NCBI GenBank assembly: GCA_038211945.1
Contig: JBBQVA010000003.1
Location: 35,081-99,080, forward strand
Origin: Sphingomonadales bacterium
Lineage (GTDB): Bacteria; Pseudomonadota; Alphaproteobacteria; Sphingomonadales; Sphingomonadaceae
Length of the DNA: 64,000 nt
Reading direction: 5' to 3'
Every line of letters starts with the position of its first letter. Within the stretch, counting starts at the first letter, position 1. Shown here in pieces: positions 39,436-50,191 of the stretch. The position numbers and the translations under genes were made by a program. The notes beneath the pieces were generated by a model. It made no database searches, was not told the DNA's origin, and saw only the letters and a program-made list of their open reading frames with translations.

Positions 39436-42192
39436 ATGAAGCATTTGACGGCAGGACTAATCGCGTTGGTGCTGGCCGCGCCTGCCGTGGCGCGCGACGC
39501 CGATGACGACCAGCCGACTTCATCAGGCTTTGCCATCACGCCCCTTGCTGCACCCGGCGCGGTGCTGACCAAATTCGGCACCCTCGACGGGAAGCCGGGA
39601 TCGCCCGCCATCTCCAACCCGGCTGCGATGGTGGCGAGCCCCGACGGCGCACTGCTGGCGGTGTTGACCTCGGGTTTCAACGGCATGGCGTTGCCCGACG
39701 GCAAGCCCGACAAGGCGCATTCGACCGAACGGCTGATGATCTTCCGGCCCGGCGTCAAAGGTGCGGTCAAGCTCGCCGAAGCGCCGCTGCCCGCCAGCTT
39801 CGCCGGGTTGGCTTGGGCGGCGGACGGCAAGCGGTTGGCAGTCACGCTGGGCGCAGGCGACGCGGTCATGGTCTTCAGCTGGGACGGCAACGCGCTGACC
39901 CCTGTCGGCAAACCGATCCCGCTCGGCCACAAGGAGGGGCTTGGTCTGCGCGTCAAGCCGGCGGCTGCAGGGCTGGTCTGGGCCGATGCAACGCGGCTGC
40001 TGGTCGCCAACTTCTTCAACGATTCGGTCAGTCTGGTCGACACGGCGAACGGTAAGGCGGTCACCGAAATCGATCTGCGTCCGGGCAAGCTCGACCCGGC
40101 CAAGCGGGGCGTTCCGGGTGGCACCTATCCGTACCAGATCGTCATGGCGGGGCCGGGCAGGGCGGTCGTCTCCAGCCCGCGTGACCGGGAATTGATTACC
40201 CTGACTGTTGTTGGCGACAAAATGAGCGTTGCGGCGCGCGCCTCGACACTGGGCCAGCCGACAGCGCTGCTGGCGCTGCCCGACGGGCGGGTGCTGGCGA
40301 CGGGTGACAATCAGGACACGCTGATCGCGCTGGCGGCGGATGGGGCGAGCGTAGCCGAATATCCGCTGGTGCCCTTCAGGACAGCGGGCGCGGGCCGCCC
40401 CAAGGGGCTGAACCCGAACGCGCTGACGATTGCTCCCGCCGGGCGGTTGTGGGTGACGCTGGGCGGTTTGAACGCCGTCGCGGCGGTCGATCTGAAGGCG
40501 ACGCTGGCGTCCCCATCGGGCGCTCCGGCACACATCACCGGCATGATCCCGACTGGCTGGTATCCCGACGCCGTTGCGGTGGCGGGCGGCAAGCTGGCCG
40601 TCGCCAACTTCAAGGGGCTGGCGGGGCCGAACCCCGGTGCCTGCCGCGACACGCTGGCGACCACGGCGGCGGGGGAGGTCAAGTGCCGCACCTCCGGCCA
40701 ATATGTGCTGCAATTGCAGACGGGATCGCTGCTGACTATGCCGCCGCCCGCGCCTGCTACACTGTTGAAACTCACCGTCGGCGTCCGCGCCAATATGGCG
40801 GTGCCCGCTGCCGCCAAGGCCGCCGTCGCCGAACGCGTGATGACTGCGATGCGCGGGCGCATCAAAAACATCATCTACATCGTCAAGGAAAACCGCACCT
40901 ATGACCAGGTCATCGGCGATCTGAAGCGCGGCGATGGCGACCCCCGGCTAACCCTGTTCCCCGATGCGATCACCCCCAACCACCACGGCCTCGCACGCCA
41001 GTTCGTGACCTTCGACCGCTTCTTCGATTCGGGCGAAGTGTCGGCCACCGGCTGGAGCTGGAGCACCCAGGCGCGGGCGCTCGACCTGCTCGAACGCATC
41101 ACGCCGGTCGGTTATGCGGGCAAGGGCCTCGCCTATGAGGCAGAGGGCACCAATCGCTTCGTCAACGTCGCCCTGTCCGCCGACGCGCGGCACGAGGCTA
41201 ATCCCGACGTCCCCGCCGATCCCGATCTGCTCGCCGGAACCGCCGACCTGACCGCGACCGATCCGCCGGTGGGCGAGGCCGGCGCGGGGACGCTCTGGGC
41301 CGCGGCGATGGCGCGCGGGCTCAGCGTTCGCAACTACGGTTTCTACGGCGACCTGTCGCGCTACGACAAGGAGGCCGGGGCCAATCGCATCCCGCGCGAA
41401 CGCGATCCCGCCGCCAAGGGCCTGCGGGTGATGTGGGCCGCCGACAAGCGCCTCGATCCGGTCACCGATCCTTATTTCCGCAGCTTCGATCAGGGCTTTC
41501 CCGATTATTGGCTGGTCGACGAATGGAAGCGCGACTGGCTGCCGCGCGTTGCGGCGGGGCAGACGCCGCGGCTGACCCTGTTGCGGCTGGCACATGATCA
41601 TTTCGGTGACTTTGCCGAGGCCATCGATGGGGTGAACACCCCGGACCGGCAGATCGCTGACAATGATTACGCCATCGGGCGGGTCATCGAGGCGGTGGCG
41701 CACAGCCCGGCGGGCAAGAACACGCTGATCGCCATTGTCGAGGATGACGCCCAGAACGGCGCCGACCATGTCGACGCGCACCGCTCGCTGGTGTTTCTGA
41801 TCGGCCCCGGCGTCCGGCGCGGCGCAGTGGTTTCGACGCGCTATACGACCGTCAATCTCCTCAAAACGCTGGAGCGGCTGCTCGATCTGGGGCCGCTGGG
41901 GTTGAACGACAGCCTGGCGTTGCCGATGGCCGATGCGTTCGATCCAAAGCTGGTGTCGCCATGGACCTATAAGGCGCGCTGGCCGCAGCCGCTCGATGCG
42001 ACAGCGCTGCCCAAGCCCGCCGGGGCGATAGCGGCGGCGCGGCCTGCGACACTGGCTCCCGAGCGCCCGTCGTCGTGGTGGGCGACAGCGATGGCCGGGC
42101 AGGATTTTTCGGCCGAGGACAAGCTCGATACCGATGCGTTCAACGCGGCGCTGTGGCGCGGGCTGAAGGGGACTGCGCCGCCATCGCGTTGA
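39436..42192 (+). CDS. Exported YncE-like beta-propeller fused to a phosphoesterase/alkaline-phosphatase-like domain
   Basis: Signal peptide, IPTGWYP, IVKENRTYDQV, EDDAQNGADHVDAHRS. Confidence 0.88.
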   Translation: MKHLTAGLIALVLAAPAVARDADDDQPTSSGFAITPLAAPGAVLTKFGTLDGKPGSPAISNPAAMVASPDGALLAVLTSGFNGMALPDGKPDKAHSTERLMIFRPGVKGAVKLAEAPLPASFAGLAWAADGKRLAVTLGAGDAVMVFSWDGNALTPVGKPIPLGHKEGLGLRVKPAAAGLVWADATRLLVANFFNDSVSLVDTANGKAVTEIDLRPGKLDPAKRGVPGGTYPYQIVMAGPGRAVVSSPRDRELITLTVVGDKMSVAARASTLGQPTALLALPDGRVLATGDNQDTLIALAADGASVAEYPLVPFRTAGAGRPKGLNPNALTIAPAGRLWVTLGGLNAVAAVDLKATLASPSGAPAHITGMIPTGWYPDAVAVAGGKLAVANFKGLAGPNPGACRDTLATTAAGEVKCRTSGQYVLQLQTGSLLTMPPPAPATLLKLTVGVRANMAVPAAAKAAVAERVMTAMRGRIKNIIYIVKENRTYDQVIGDLKRGDGDPRLTLFPDAITPNHHGLARQFVTFDRFFDSGEVSATGWSWSTQARALDLLERITPVGYAGKGLAYEAEGTNRFVNVALSADARHEANPDVPADPDLLAGTADLTATDPPVGEAGAGTLWAAAMARGLSVRNYGFYGDLSRYDKEAGANRIPRERDPAAKGLRVMWAADKRLDPVTDPYFRSFDQGFPDYWLVDEWKRDWLPRVAAGQTPRLTLLRLAHDHFGDFAEAIDGVNTPDRQIADNDYAIGRVIEAVAHSPAGKNTLIAIVEDDAQNGADHVDAHRSLVFLIGPGVRRGAVVSTRYTTVNLLKTLERLLDLGPLGLNDSLALPMADAFDPKLVSPWTYKARWPQPLDATALPKPAGAIAAARPATLAPERPSSWWATAMAGQDFSAEDKLDTDAFNAALWRGLKGTAPPSR

Positions 42193-42346
42193 GGGGGCGG
42201 AGGTTCTCGGGCATTTTGATCGGTACGAGCATCGGGCAAATTGTAGTGTCTGCAGCGCCCTTCGCCGAAGCCTGCCGCGATCACAGGATTTCCATTGAGG
42301 AAGCCGCAAACGTCAGCGCATAGTCGCCGCGACTTTGGGGAGACTG

Positions 42347-43326
<980 letters not shown>

Positions 43327-43365
43327 ACGGGTTGCGCGGCGATAGGCGCAGAAGCCACAGCCGTC

Positions 43366-43402
43366 AAAGGAAAAGGCCGCCCGGGTCTCCCCGGACGGCC
43401 TT
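43366..43402 (-). terminator. Rho-independent terminator
   Basis: AAGGCCGTCCGGG-GAGA-CCCGGGCGGCCTT followed by TTCCTTT. Confidence 0.8.
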
Positions 43403-43434
43403 CGACATTGCCGGTCACGAAACCGGAGCTAGTG

Positions 43435-43500
43435 TCAGCGTGAAGCGAAGCCTTTCGCGGCAACCAGCATTCCGGCGCGTAACGTGAGACAATGAGACAC
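43435..43500 (-). CDS. Candidate 21-aa small ORF MSHCLTLRAGMLVAAKGFASR
   Basis: GAAAGGAGGTGGTCCA directly before GTG; own terminator downstream. Confidence 0.55.
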   Translation of the reverse strand: MSHCLTLRAGMLVAAKGFASR

Positions 43501-43556
43501 TGGACCACCTCCTTTCGTGACGTTGATTGGGACGGAGAACATCGGATGTCCTGCGC

Positions 43557-44225
43557 GTGATTGCAAGCGCTTCAATCACGGCAGTGCATGTCGGCCCGGT
43601 CGCGCCGCTGGGACCATCGGGGGTGCCGAGCGGATACCGCAAGACCGCCATCGCCGGACCCGTTGTCGCCGGTCGGCTGGGCCTAGTGGGGGATGCCCAG
43701 GGCGACCTGCGCGTCCATGGCGGTCCCGACAAGGCAGTCTATGGTTACGACCTCGGCTGCTATGCGCGCTGGGCAGAGGAATTGCCCGATCTTGCCGGAC
43801 GCTTCGTCGCCGGAAGCATGGGCGAAAACCTTATTGTCGCCGGGGCGAACGAGCGCAGCCTGTGCATCGGCGACCGGGTGCGTGCCGGAACCGCTCTGCT
43901 GCAGATCACCCAGATTCGCGAGCCGTGCTTCAAGCTCGGCCTGGCCTTCGACGACGCGAGGCTGCTGCGCGCCATGATCCGCAACGGGCGCTGCGGCTGG
44001 TATTATCGGGTGCTCGAGGACGGCGCGGTGGCGGCGGGCGATGCCCATGACGTCATCGACCGGCCCAACCCCGACTGGCCAGTCGCGCGCTTTGCCGAAC
44101 TGGTCGCGGCGCGGGCGTTCGGCACGGAATTGCTGATCGAACTGGTGGCGCTCGAGGGGCTGGCCGAAAACTGGAAGCTCAGGGCGCTGAAGCAGCTAGC
44201 CGTTCTGCGTGCCGTGCCGCGTTGA
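43557..44225 (+). CDS. MOSC domain protein (YiiM-like)
   Basis: GDAQGDLRVHGGPDKAV, GENL, REPCFKL, GWYYRVL; start uncertain. Confidence 0.92.
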   Translation: MIASASITAVHVGPVAPLGPSGVPSGYRKTAIAGPVVAGRLGLVGDAQGDLRVHGGPDKAVYGYDLGCYARWAEELPDLAGRFVAGSMGENLIVAGANERSLCIGDRVRAGTALLQITQIREPCFKLGLAFDDARLLRAMIRNGRCGWYYRVLEDGAVAAGDAHDVIDRPNPDWPVARFAELVAARAFGTELLIELVALEGLAENWKLRALKQLAVLRAVPR

Positions 44226-45207
44226 GCGCGCGGAGCTCGGCAATGGTCAGCAGCGTCAGCCCGATCAGAAACGGGATCAGCGTATAGAGCAGCCGGAACA
44301 GCACCAACGCGCCGAGCACCTCGGGCTTGGGGATATCGTGGAGCAGCTTAACGCAGACGACTTCGAATACACCCAGGCCGCCAGGCGCGTGGCTCAGCGC
44401 GCCGACGACCATGGCCACCGCGTAGATGGTCATGAAATCGGCAAACGGCGGCCGACCGGTGGCGGGCAACAGCACGTAAAGCGCCGCCGCCGCGAACGCC
44501 AGATCGAGCGCGCCGACGCCGATCTGCGCCAGCGTCTCGCGCCAGTCGGGCAGGGTGAACTTCAGCCCTTTGAACTTGATCGGCGTGCGGCGGATCATGC
44601 CGAACACCAGATAGGCCAGCGTCGTCACGAGCAGCAATATGCCCGCCCATTGTTCGACCAGTGTCGGCGACACGGCGACACCGCTCATCCGCTGGAAGTC
44701 GCGCGCCAGATGGCCGAACGGCCGCGCCAATTCGGGCGACGCCAGCAGCCCGACGCCGCCGACCGCAATGATGCCCAGCCAGAAGGTGATACCGCAGAGC
44801 AGGACGATCAGCGCGACGTCCAACGGCTTGACCCCGGCGCGGGTGTAGATGCGATACCGGACGGTGCCGCCGGTCAGTACAGTCAGCCCCAGCGTATGGC
44901 TCATCGTGAAGCTGCAGAACGACGCCAGCGCCAGCGTCGTCGCCTTGATCCGGTAGCCCAGATGCCGCGTCGCCAGCCAATCGTAACAGACCAGCACGGC
45001 ATAGCTGGAGGCGACGAACCCAACCGCCATCGCCAACACCAACACCGGCGTGCCGTGCACCGACGCCATGATCTGCGCCCAGCTGGTATCGGCGGCAATC
45101 CGCCGCAGCGCCCAGAACGCCAGCGCCAGCACGGCAATGCCCGCCAGCCCGCCTAGCCATTGCCCCCAGTTACTGCCGCGTTTGTCCTTGGTGGTTGATG
45201 GCAGCAT
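44179..45207 (-). CDS. Stand-alone lysylphosphatidylglycerol flippase-like TM protein (UPF0104)
   Basis: GGTVRYRIY, SHAPGGLGVFE, LVLFRLLY; no synthase domain. Confidence 0.85.
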   Translation of the reverse strand: MLPSTTKDKRGSNWGQWLGGLAGIAVLALAFWALRRIAADTSWAQIMASVHGTPVLVLAMAVGFVASSYAVLVCYDWLATRHLGYRIKATTLALASFCSFTMSHTLGLTVLTGGTVRYRIYTRAGVKPLDVALIVLLCGITFWLGIIAVGGVGLLASPELARPFGHLARDFQRMSGVAVSPTLVEQWAGILLLVTTLAYLVFGMIRRTPIKFKGLKFTLPDWRETLAQIGVGALDLAFAAAALYVLLPATGRPPFADFMTIYAVAMVVGALSHAPGGLGVFEVVCVKLLHDIPKPEVLGALVLFRLLYTLIPFLIGLTLLTIAELRALNAARHAERLAASAP

Positions 45208-45241
45208 CGGGTGCAAATGGGTCCTTGGCCGAAATCTCGCC

Positions 45242-45315
45242 GGTGGGCCCGGAGGGACTCGAACCCCCAACCTAGCCGTTATGAGCGGCCGGCTCTACCG
45301 TTGAGCTACAGGCCC
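45242..45315 (-). tRNA. tRNA with CAT anticodon, probably tRNA-Ile2
   Basis: GGGCCTGTAGCTCAACGGTAGAGCCGGCCGCTCATAACGGC..GTTCGAGTCCCTCCGGGCCCACC; Ile2-like stems; genomic 3' end is CCG. Confidence 0.9.
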
Positions 45316-45351
45316 GGCCCGGCGGCGAGGGACGTAGCGCGGGGCGACAGA

Positions 45352-45518
45352 TAAGAAAAGGGCCGGGCCCGCACGATGCAGGCCCGGCCCAGGGATCTTT
45401 GGCCCGCCGGGGGAGGCGGGCCGGACCCGGCCGCGAGGGGGGTGGCGGCCAAGGTCGCGTCCGGATCGCGAGGGAGGGGTGCGAACCCGGACGGTGGTGC
45501 CGTCAATGACGGCGACCC
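45352..45518 (-). ncRNA. Candidate sRNA with three C-rich anti-SD loops and terminator (AbcR/alpha-r14 cuckoo-like)
   Basis: Hairpin loops ACCCCTCCCTC, CACCCCCCTC, TCCCCC; terminator GGGCCGGGCC..GGCCCGGCCC-TTTTCTT. Confidence 0.75.
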
Positions 45519-45565
45519 ACCCCATATGCCGGTTCGGACGCGGTTCGAGCAGTGGTCATTGCTGC

Positions 45566-45578
45566 AGCCCAGCTATGC
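45566..45578 (-). promoter_or_regulatory. Candidate VtlR/LsrB-type LysR binding site
   Basis: GCAT-AGC-TG-GGC-T about 50 nt upstream of the sRNA, overlapping the LysR stop. Confidence 0.5.
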
Positions 45579-46493
45579 ACCCAGCGCATGGCGGTCGATG
45601 TCGAGATGGGCGAGAGTCATCCGCTGGACAAGGAAATCGCGCAGCACGGCAACGCGCACCGACCGCCGCAATTCAACGGGATAGACGAAAAAAGTGCGGA
45701 ACACCGCGCCCTCAAGTTCGGGCATGACGACCTGAACCTTGCCCGAAAAGCGGATCAGATAGCTTGGCAGCGCGGCGATGCCTGCACCCGATTCGACCGC
45801 CTGCAGCACGCCGAAGCTGTTGTTGATGGTCAGCGCGGGCTGGCGCGGATCATTGGGATGGCCAAGTTCGAGCGCCCAGTTGATACCTTTCAGAAAGTCC
45901 GGCGCGGCGGGCCCATAGGCCAGCAGGCGATGCTCATCGAGGTCGGCGACGGTCTTTGGCGCGCCGTTACGGGCGATGTAATCGGGCGAGGCGCAAAGAT
46001 AATGGCGGATCGGCGCCAGCGCCTTCTGGATCAGTTCGCCCTGCGTCGGCAGATGAAAGCGGATCGCGCAATCGGCCTCGCGCCGCGCCAGATCGGCGTC
46101 ATGGTCAGCAAGCTGCACATCGACGGTAATGTCGGGGTACATGTCAAGGAAATCGCCAAGCTGCCGCGCCAGCCAGGTCGACCCGAAGCTCACCGTCGTC
46201 GATAGCCGGATTTCACCGGTCGGGCGGTCGCGGGTGGCGTCGATAGCGGCGCGGGCGCTTTCGATCGAATCGTTCATGCTGTGGGTGGCGGCGTGGAGCC
46301 GTTCGCCTTCGTGTGTCATGGCAAGGCCGCGGGCGTGGCGGTGAAACAGCTTGGCACCGATGGCGGCCTCAAGCGCCATGATCTGGCGGCTGAGTGCGGG
46401 TTGGCTCATGTGGAGACGTCGCGCCGCCTCGGTGAAGCTGCCCGCTGCGGCGACGCAGTCGAACAGGCGCAGGCGTTCCCAGTCGAGGTTCAT
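45573..46493 (-). CDS. LysR regulator, VtlR/LsrB-like
   Basis: LDWERLRLF..GSFTEAA..SQPALSRQI HTH; directly downstream of trxB. Confidence 0.92.
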   Translation of the reverse strand: MNLDWERLRLFDCVAAAGSFTEAARRLHMSQPALSRQIMALEAAIGAKLFHRHARGLAMTHEGERLHAATHSMNDSIESARAAIDATRDRPTGEIRLSTTVSFGSTWLARQLGDFLDMYPDITVDVQLADHDADLARREADCAIRFHLPTQGELIQKALAPIRHYLCASPDYIARNGAPKTVADLDEHRLLAYGPAAPDFLKGINWALELGHPNDPRQPALTINNSFGVLQAVESGAGIAALPSYLIRFSGKVQVVMPELEGAVFRTFFVYPVELRRSVRVAVLRDFLVQRMTLAHLDIDRHALGA

Positions 46494-46525
46494 CTGGCGA
46501 GGTTCATCTGCTGAGGGTCATGTCT

Positions 46526-47479
46526 TCACGCCGCTTCTGCCACCACATGCGCATGGTGCGCCAGAAACCGCTCCGCCTCCAGCGCCGCCATGCAGCCCAT
46601 GCCGGCCGCCGTCACCGCTTGCCGATAGACCTTGTCCTTCACATCGCCTGCCGCGAACACGCCGGGCACCGAAGTTGCGGTCGAATCGGGCTGGGTGACG
46701 ATATAACCCTCGGCATCCATCGAGACCTGGCCCGCAAACAGCTCGGTCGCAGGCACATGGCCGATGGCGACGAACAACCCGTCGACCGCGAGCGGCCGCG
46801 TCGTGCCGGTGCGCGTGTCGGCGAGCACGATGCCATCGACCGAAGTGGCCCCCGTCACATCGCTGACTTCGGCGTTCCAGATCATCTCGATCTTGGCGTT
46901 GGCGAACAGCCGCGACTGGTTGGTGGCATCGGCGCGCAGTTCGTGGCGGCGGTGGATCAGATAGACCTTGGACGCGAAATTGGTCAGGAACAGCGCCTCC
47001 TCGACGGCGGTATTGCCGCCGCCGACGACCGCCACGACCTTGTTACGGAAGAAGAAGCCATCGCAGGTCGCGCAGGCCGATACGCCGAAGCCACGCAGCC
47101 GGGTTTCAGACTCCAACCCCAGCCAGCGCGCCTGTGCTCCCGTCGCGATGACCAAGGTTTCGGCGCTCCACCGCGTTCCCGAATCGGTTTCAACCGCGAA
47201 CGGCCGCCGCGACAGATCGACCGAGGTGACGATATCGCTGACCACATTGGTGCCGACATGTTCGGCCTGCGCGGCCATCCGCACCATCAGGTCGGGCCCC
47301 ATGACGCTGGTGTCGCCGGGCCAGTTCTCGACATCGGTGGTGATCGTCAACTGCCCGCCGGGCTGTAACCCCTGGATCAGCACCGGGTTCAGCGCGGCGC
47401 GGGCGGCATAGACGGCGGCGGTGTAACCGGCGGGGCCGGAGCCGATGATCAGCAAGCGGACGGCATTCGGCAAATTCAC
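46526..47479 (-). CDS. trxB: Thioredoxin reductase
   Basis: [39 protein letters not shown]. Confidence 0.97.
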   Translation of the reverse strand: MNLPNAVRLLIIGSGPAGYTAAVYAARAALNPVLIQGLQPGGQLTITTDVENWPGDTSVMGPDLMVRMAAQAEHVGTNVVSDIVTSVDLSRRPFAVETDSGTRWSAETLVIATGAQARWLGLESETRLRGFGVSACATCDGFFFRNKVVAVVGGGNTAVEEALFLTNFASKVYLIHRRHELRADATNQSRLFANAKIEMIWNAEVSDVTGATSVDGIVLADTRTGTTRPLAVDGLFVAIGHVPATELFAGQVSMDAEGYIVTQPDSTATSVPGVFAAGDVKDKVYRQAVTAAGMGCMAALEAERFLAHHAHVVAEAA

Positions 47480-47519
47480 TCTCCCGCCGCCGATCGCCGA
47501 CAGCCTGGGCCTTCTACCC

Positions 47520-48569
47520 TCAAGCGAACAGCTTCGCCCAGCCCCGCTTAGCGCGGCCCTTCCAGTGCCCGCGGTGATAGGCGTCGCTGGCCAGCAGCGG
47601 CATGACCGACCCGGCTTCGGCAAAGACCATCTGTTCGATGCCGGTGTTGACCTTGCCCCAGCTCGCGGCCTCCTGCAGCGTCGACGACGAACACGCCCCG
47701 TCGCGGACGTCGGCGACGGTGATCTGCACCGCGTATTTGTGCACCTGAACGTCGTCGTGGCCGAGGATCTCGGCGCAGACGACGGTGTCCTGGATGAAGT
47801 TCTTGGGCACGCCGCCGCCGATCATCAGCAGGCCCGTGGTGCCGGCCTTGATCTTGATGTCGGTCAGTTCGCGGAAGTCGGCGATGGCGTCGAGGACCAT
47901 GTACGGCTTGCCCTCTTTGGCGCGGTCGACCTGATGCTTGACGAGGCCGAACCCGGCGCTGCTATCGACGAAGGCCGGGCAGAAGATCGGCACGTCGTGT
48001 TCATACGCCAGCTTGACCAGGCTGTTGTCCTTCTTGCCATGTTCGACGAGATATTTGCCCATCTCGCGGATGAAAGCGCGGCTGCTGTACGCTTTGGGTT
48101 CAAGCGAATTGGCGATTTCGAGAATGGTGTGGTCGCAATCCTGCAACTGCTCCTCATCGATGTAGGTGTCATAAATCCGGTCGATCAGCAGCGAGCGCAG
48201 CGTGTCGTCGTCGGGCACTTCGAGCGCCTGATAATGTTTGTGGCCAAGGCCCTCGAAGAAATCCATGTCGACGATCGACGCGCCGGTGGCGACGATGCCG
48301 TCGATCATGTTGTTGCGCAGCAATTCCGCATAAAGGTCCATGCAGCCGCCCGCGCTCGTCGACCCGGCGATGACCAAAAAGATCGTGCAATCAGGGTCCT
48401 GCAGCATGTCGTTGTAGATGCCCGTCGCGCGGGCAAGGTCGCGCGACGTGAAGCTCATCCCCGCCATGCCGTCGATGATCGGCCGGGCGTCGAAGCTGCG
48501 GATGTCGATGTGCTTGACGGTTTTGCTGAGCAGTTCAGCCTTGCGGGTGTCGTTGATCGTGGTGGTCAT
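47520..48569 (-). CDS. Deoxyhypusine synthase-like protein (SpeY/homospermidine-synthesis type)
   Basis: [32 protein letters not shown]. Confidence 0.9.
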   Translation of the reverse strand: MTTTINDTRKAELLSKTVKHIDIRSFDARPIIDGMAGMSFTSRDLARATGIYNDMLQDPDCTIFLVIAGSTSAGGCMDLYAELLRNNMIDGIVATGASIVDMDFFEGLGHKHYQALEVPDDDTLRSLLIDRIYDTYIDEEQLQDCDHTILEIANSLEPKAYSSRAFIREMGKYLVEHGKKDNSLVKLAYEHDVPIFCPAFVDSSAGFGLVKHQVDRAKEGKPYMVLDAIADFRELTDIKIKAGTTGLLMIGGGVPKNFIQDTVVCAEILGHDDVQVHKYAVQITVADVRDGACSSSTLQEAASWGKVNTGIEQMVFAEAGSVMPLLASDAYHRGHWKGRAKRGWAKLFA

Positions 48570-48647
48570 GGGTATTGCTCCAGTGGGTCACTGGCTCGAC
48601 GCCGAAGCGCCGCCCGCGGCTGGATCATCCAGCGCCGAACGGGAAAA

Positions 48648-48780
48648 CTATCCTCTCCCCTTGCGGGAAAGGTCGGACTCGCCGCTTGGCGAGCCGGGAG
48701 AGGGGTTGTGATCGCACAACCCCTCTCCCCGGGCCGCTGCAAGGGCAGCGTCTCTCGCCCTCTCCCGCAAGGGGAGAGGG
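48648..48780. repeat. RIME/CIR-like palindromic mosaic element, copy 2
   Basis: Reverse complement of copy 1 with a shorter central loop. Confidence 0.9.
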
Positions 48781-48786
48781 AAGATG

Positions 48787-49992
48787 CTACGCGCTCACCG
48801 CCCGCAACTGCGTAACCTTCGACGGTTGCACCTGCGTGACACCATAGGCCGTCAACATCGGCTCATCACGCACCTCGGCATCCGCCGCTGCGGTGAAGCC
48901 GTTGAAACTAGTCCGCATCGCCGATCCGTACGCGCCCAACATGCCGATCTCGACATAGTCGCCGGTCTGGATGTCGGCGGGCAGCTCCCACGGTCCGCGC
49001 ATGAAATCCATGTCGTCGCAGGTCGGGCCGTAAAAGCTGAACCCCATGTCCTTCGCGCGGGACGGACGTTCGCGGACCAATGCCACCGGAAACTTCCAGT
49101 CGATGTGTGCAGCATCGAACAGCGACCCGTAAGCGCCGTCGTTCAGATGCAGCACATCGCCGCGCCGGGCCTCGACACGGACCAGCACCGAAGCATATTC
49201 GGCGCACAAAGCCCGGCCCGGTTCGGCCCAAAGCTCGGCCGAATAGGATACCGGCAGCGATTCGAAAGCGCGATGGATCGTGGCGAAATAAGCATCGAGC
49301 GACGGTGCCTCCGACCCCGGATAGACCGACGGAAAGCCACCGCCAACATCGATAACGTCGACGGTGACACCCGCACCGACGATCGCCGCGCGGACCATGC
49401 CCAGCGCGTCACTGTACGCCTGAGGCGACATGCACTGCGAGCCGACGTGGAAGCAGATGCCGAGCGCATCGGCCGCCTGCCGGGCTGCCATCAGCAGCGG
49501 CGGCGCATCGGCGACACCGACCCCGAACTTGGAGCCAAGGCTGAGCTGGGCATGCGCCGACGACACCCGCAGGCGGACGCACAGCGTCAGGTCGCTGGCG
49601 GCGACGCCATCGGTCGCGCATTCCTCGACGATCTTGTCGAGCTCCTCATGGCTGTCGAGGCTGAACACCCGGACGCCGTGGGTGTGATACGCTTCGGCAA
49701 TGGCTTCGCGGCCCTTGATCGGGTGCATGAAGCACAGCACGGCATCGGGCAGCATGCCGCGCACCAGCCGCACCTCGGCAATGGAGGCGACGTCGAACGT
49801 GCGGATACCGCTGTCCCACAGCGCGCCGATCAGCGCGGGTGAGGGATTGGCCTTTACCGCATACATCGTCGTGCCCGGAAAGCGTTCAATGAACGCACGG
49901 GCGGCGCGATGCGCGGCGTGGGGACGGACGAGGGTGACGGGCTGCGACGGCAGACCCTGCGCTACCCCCAGCGCGCTATATGGCTTATCCAA
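48787..49992 (-). CDS. Fold-type III PLP ornithine/lysine decarboxylase
   Basis: YAVKANP, FDVASIAE, FHVGSQC, DVGGGFP, EPGR, GPTCD, GAYG; TTG start after GGAGG. Confidence 0.92.
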   Translation of the reverse strand: MDKPYSALGVAQGLPSQPVTLVRPHAAHRAARAFIERFPGTTMYAVKANPSPALIGALWDSGIRTFDVASIAEVRLVRGMLPDAVLCFMHPIKGREAIAEAYHTHGVRVFSLDSHEELDKIVEECATDGVAASDLTLCVRLRVSSAHAQLSLGSKFGVGVADAPPLLMAARQAADALGICFHVGSQCMSPQAYSDALGMVRAAIVGAGVTVDVIDVGGGFPSVYPGSEAPSLDAYFATIHRAFESLPVSYSAELWAEPGRALCAEYASVLVRVEARRGDVLHLNDGAYGSLFDAAHIDWKFPVALVRERPSRAKDMGFSFYGPTCDDMDFMRGPWELPADIQTGDYVEIGMLGAYGSAMRTSFNGFTAAADAEVRDEPMLTAYGVTQVQPSKVTQLRAVSA

Positions 49993-49994
49993 TT

Positions 49995-50090
49995 CAAGGG
50001 ACCTCCAGGGCGGCAAAGTATGCCAACGCCGGAATGACGTTGACACCAAAACTGCCTTGCGGTTGGAAGTCCCATGGGGCAGCGGAGGGC
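49995..50090 (-). promoter_or_regulatory. Candidate structured 5' leader (speF-motif-like)
   Basis: CTGCC..GGCAG and TGTCAACGTC..GGCGTTGGCA stems upstream of the decarboxylase RBS. Confidence 0.5.
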
Positions 50091-50191
50091 GTATCTAGGG
50101 TCGCGGACCCCCCATGTAAAGCGGTTTTTTATGACAGCGATTTTTGCTGTTTTGCCTTGGCCGATCAAGAGGTTGTCCTGTGAGTGAATCG

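Noticed and set aside
43500-43516. 16S rRNA gene fragment
   Set aside because: The match is only 17 nt with no flanking rRNA-like sequence; better read as an extended SD on the opposite strand
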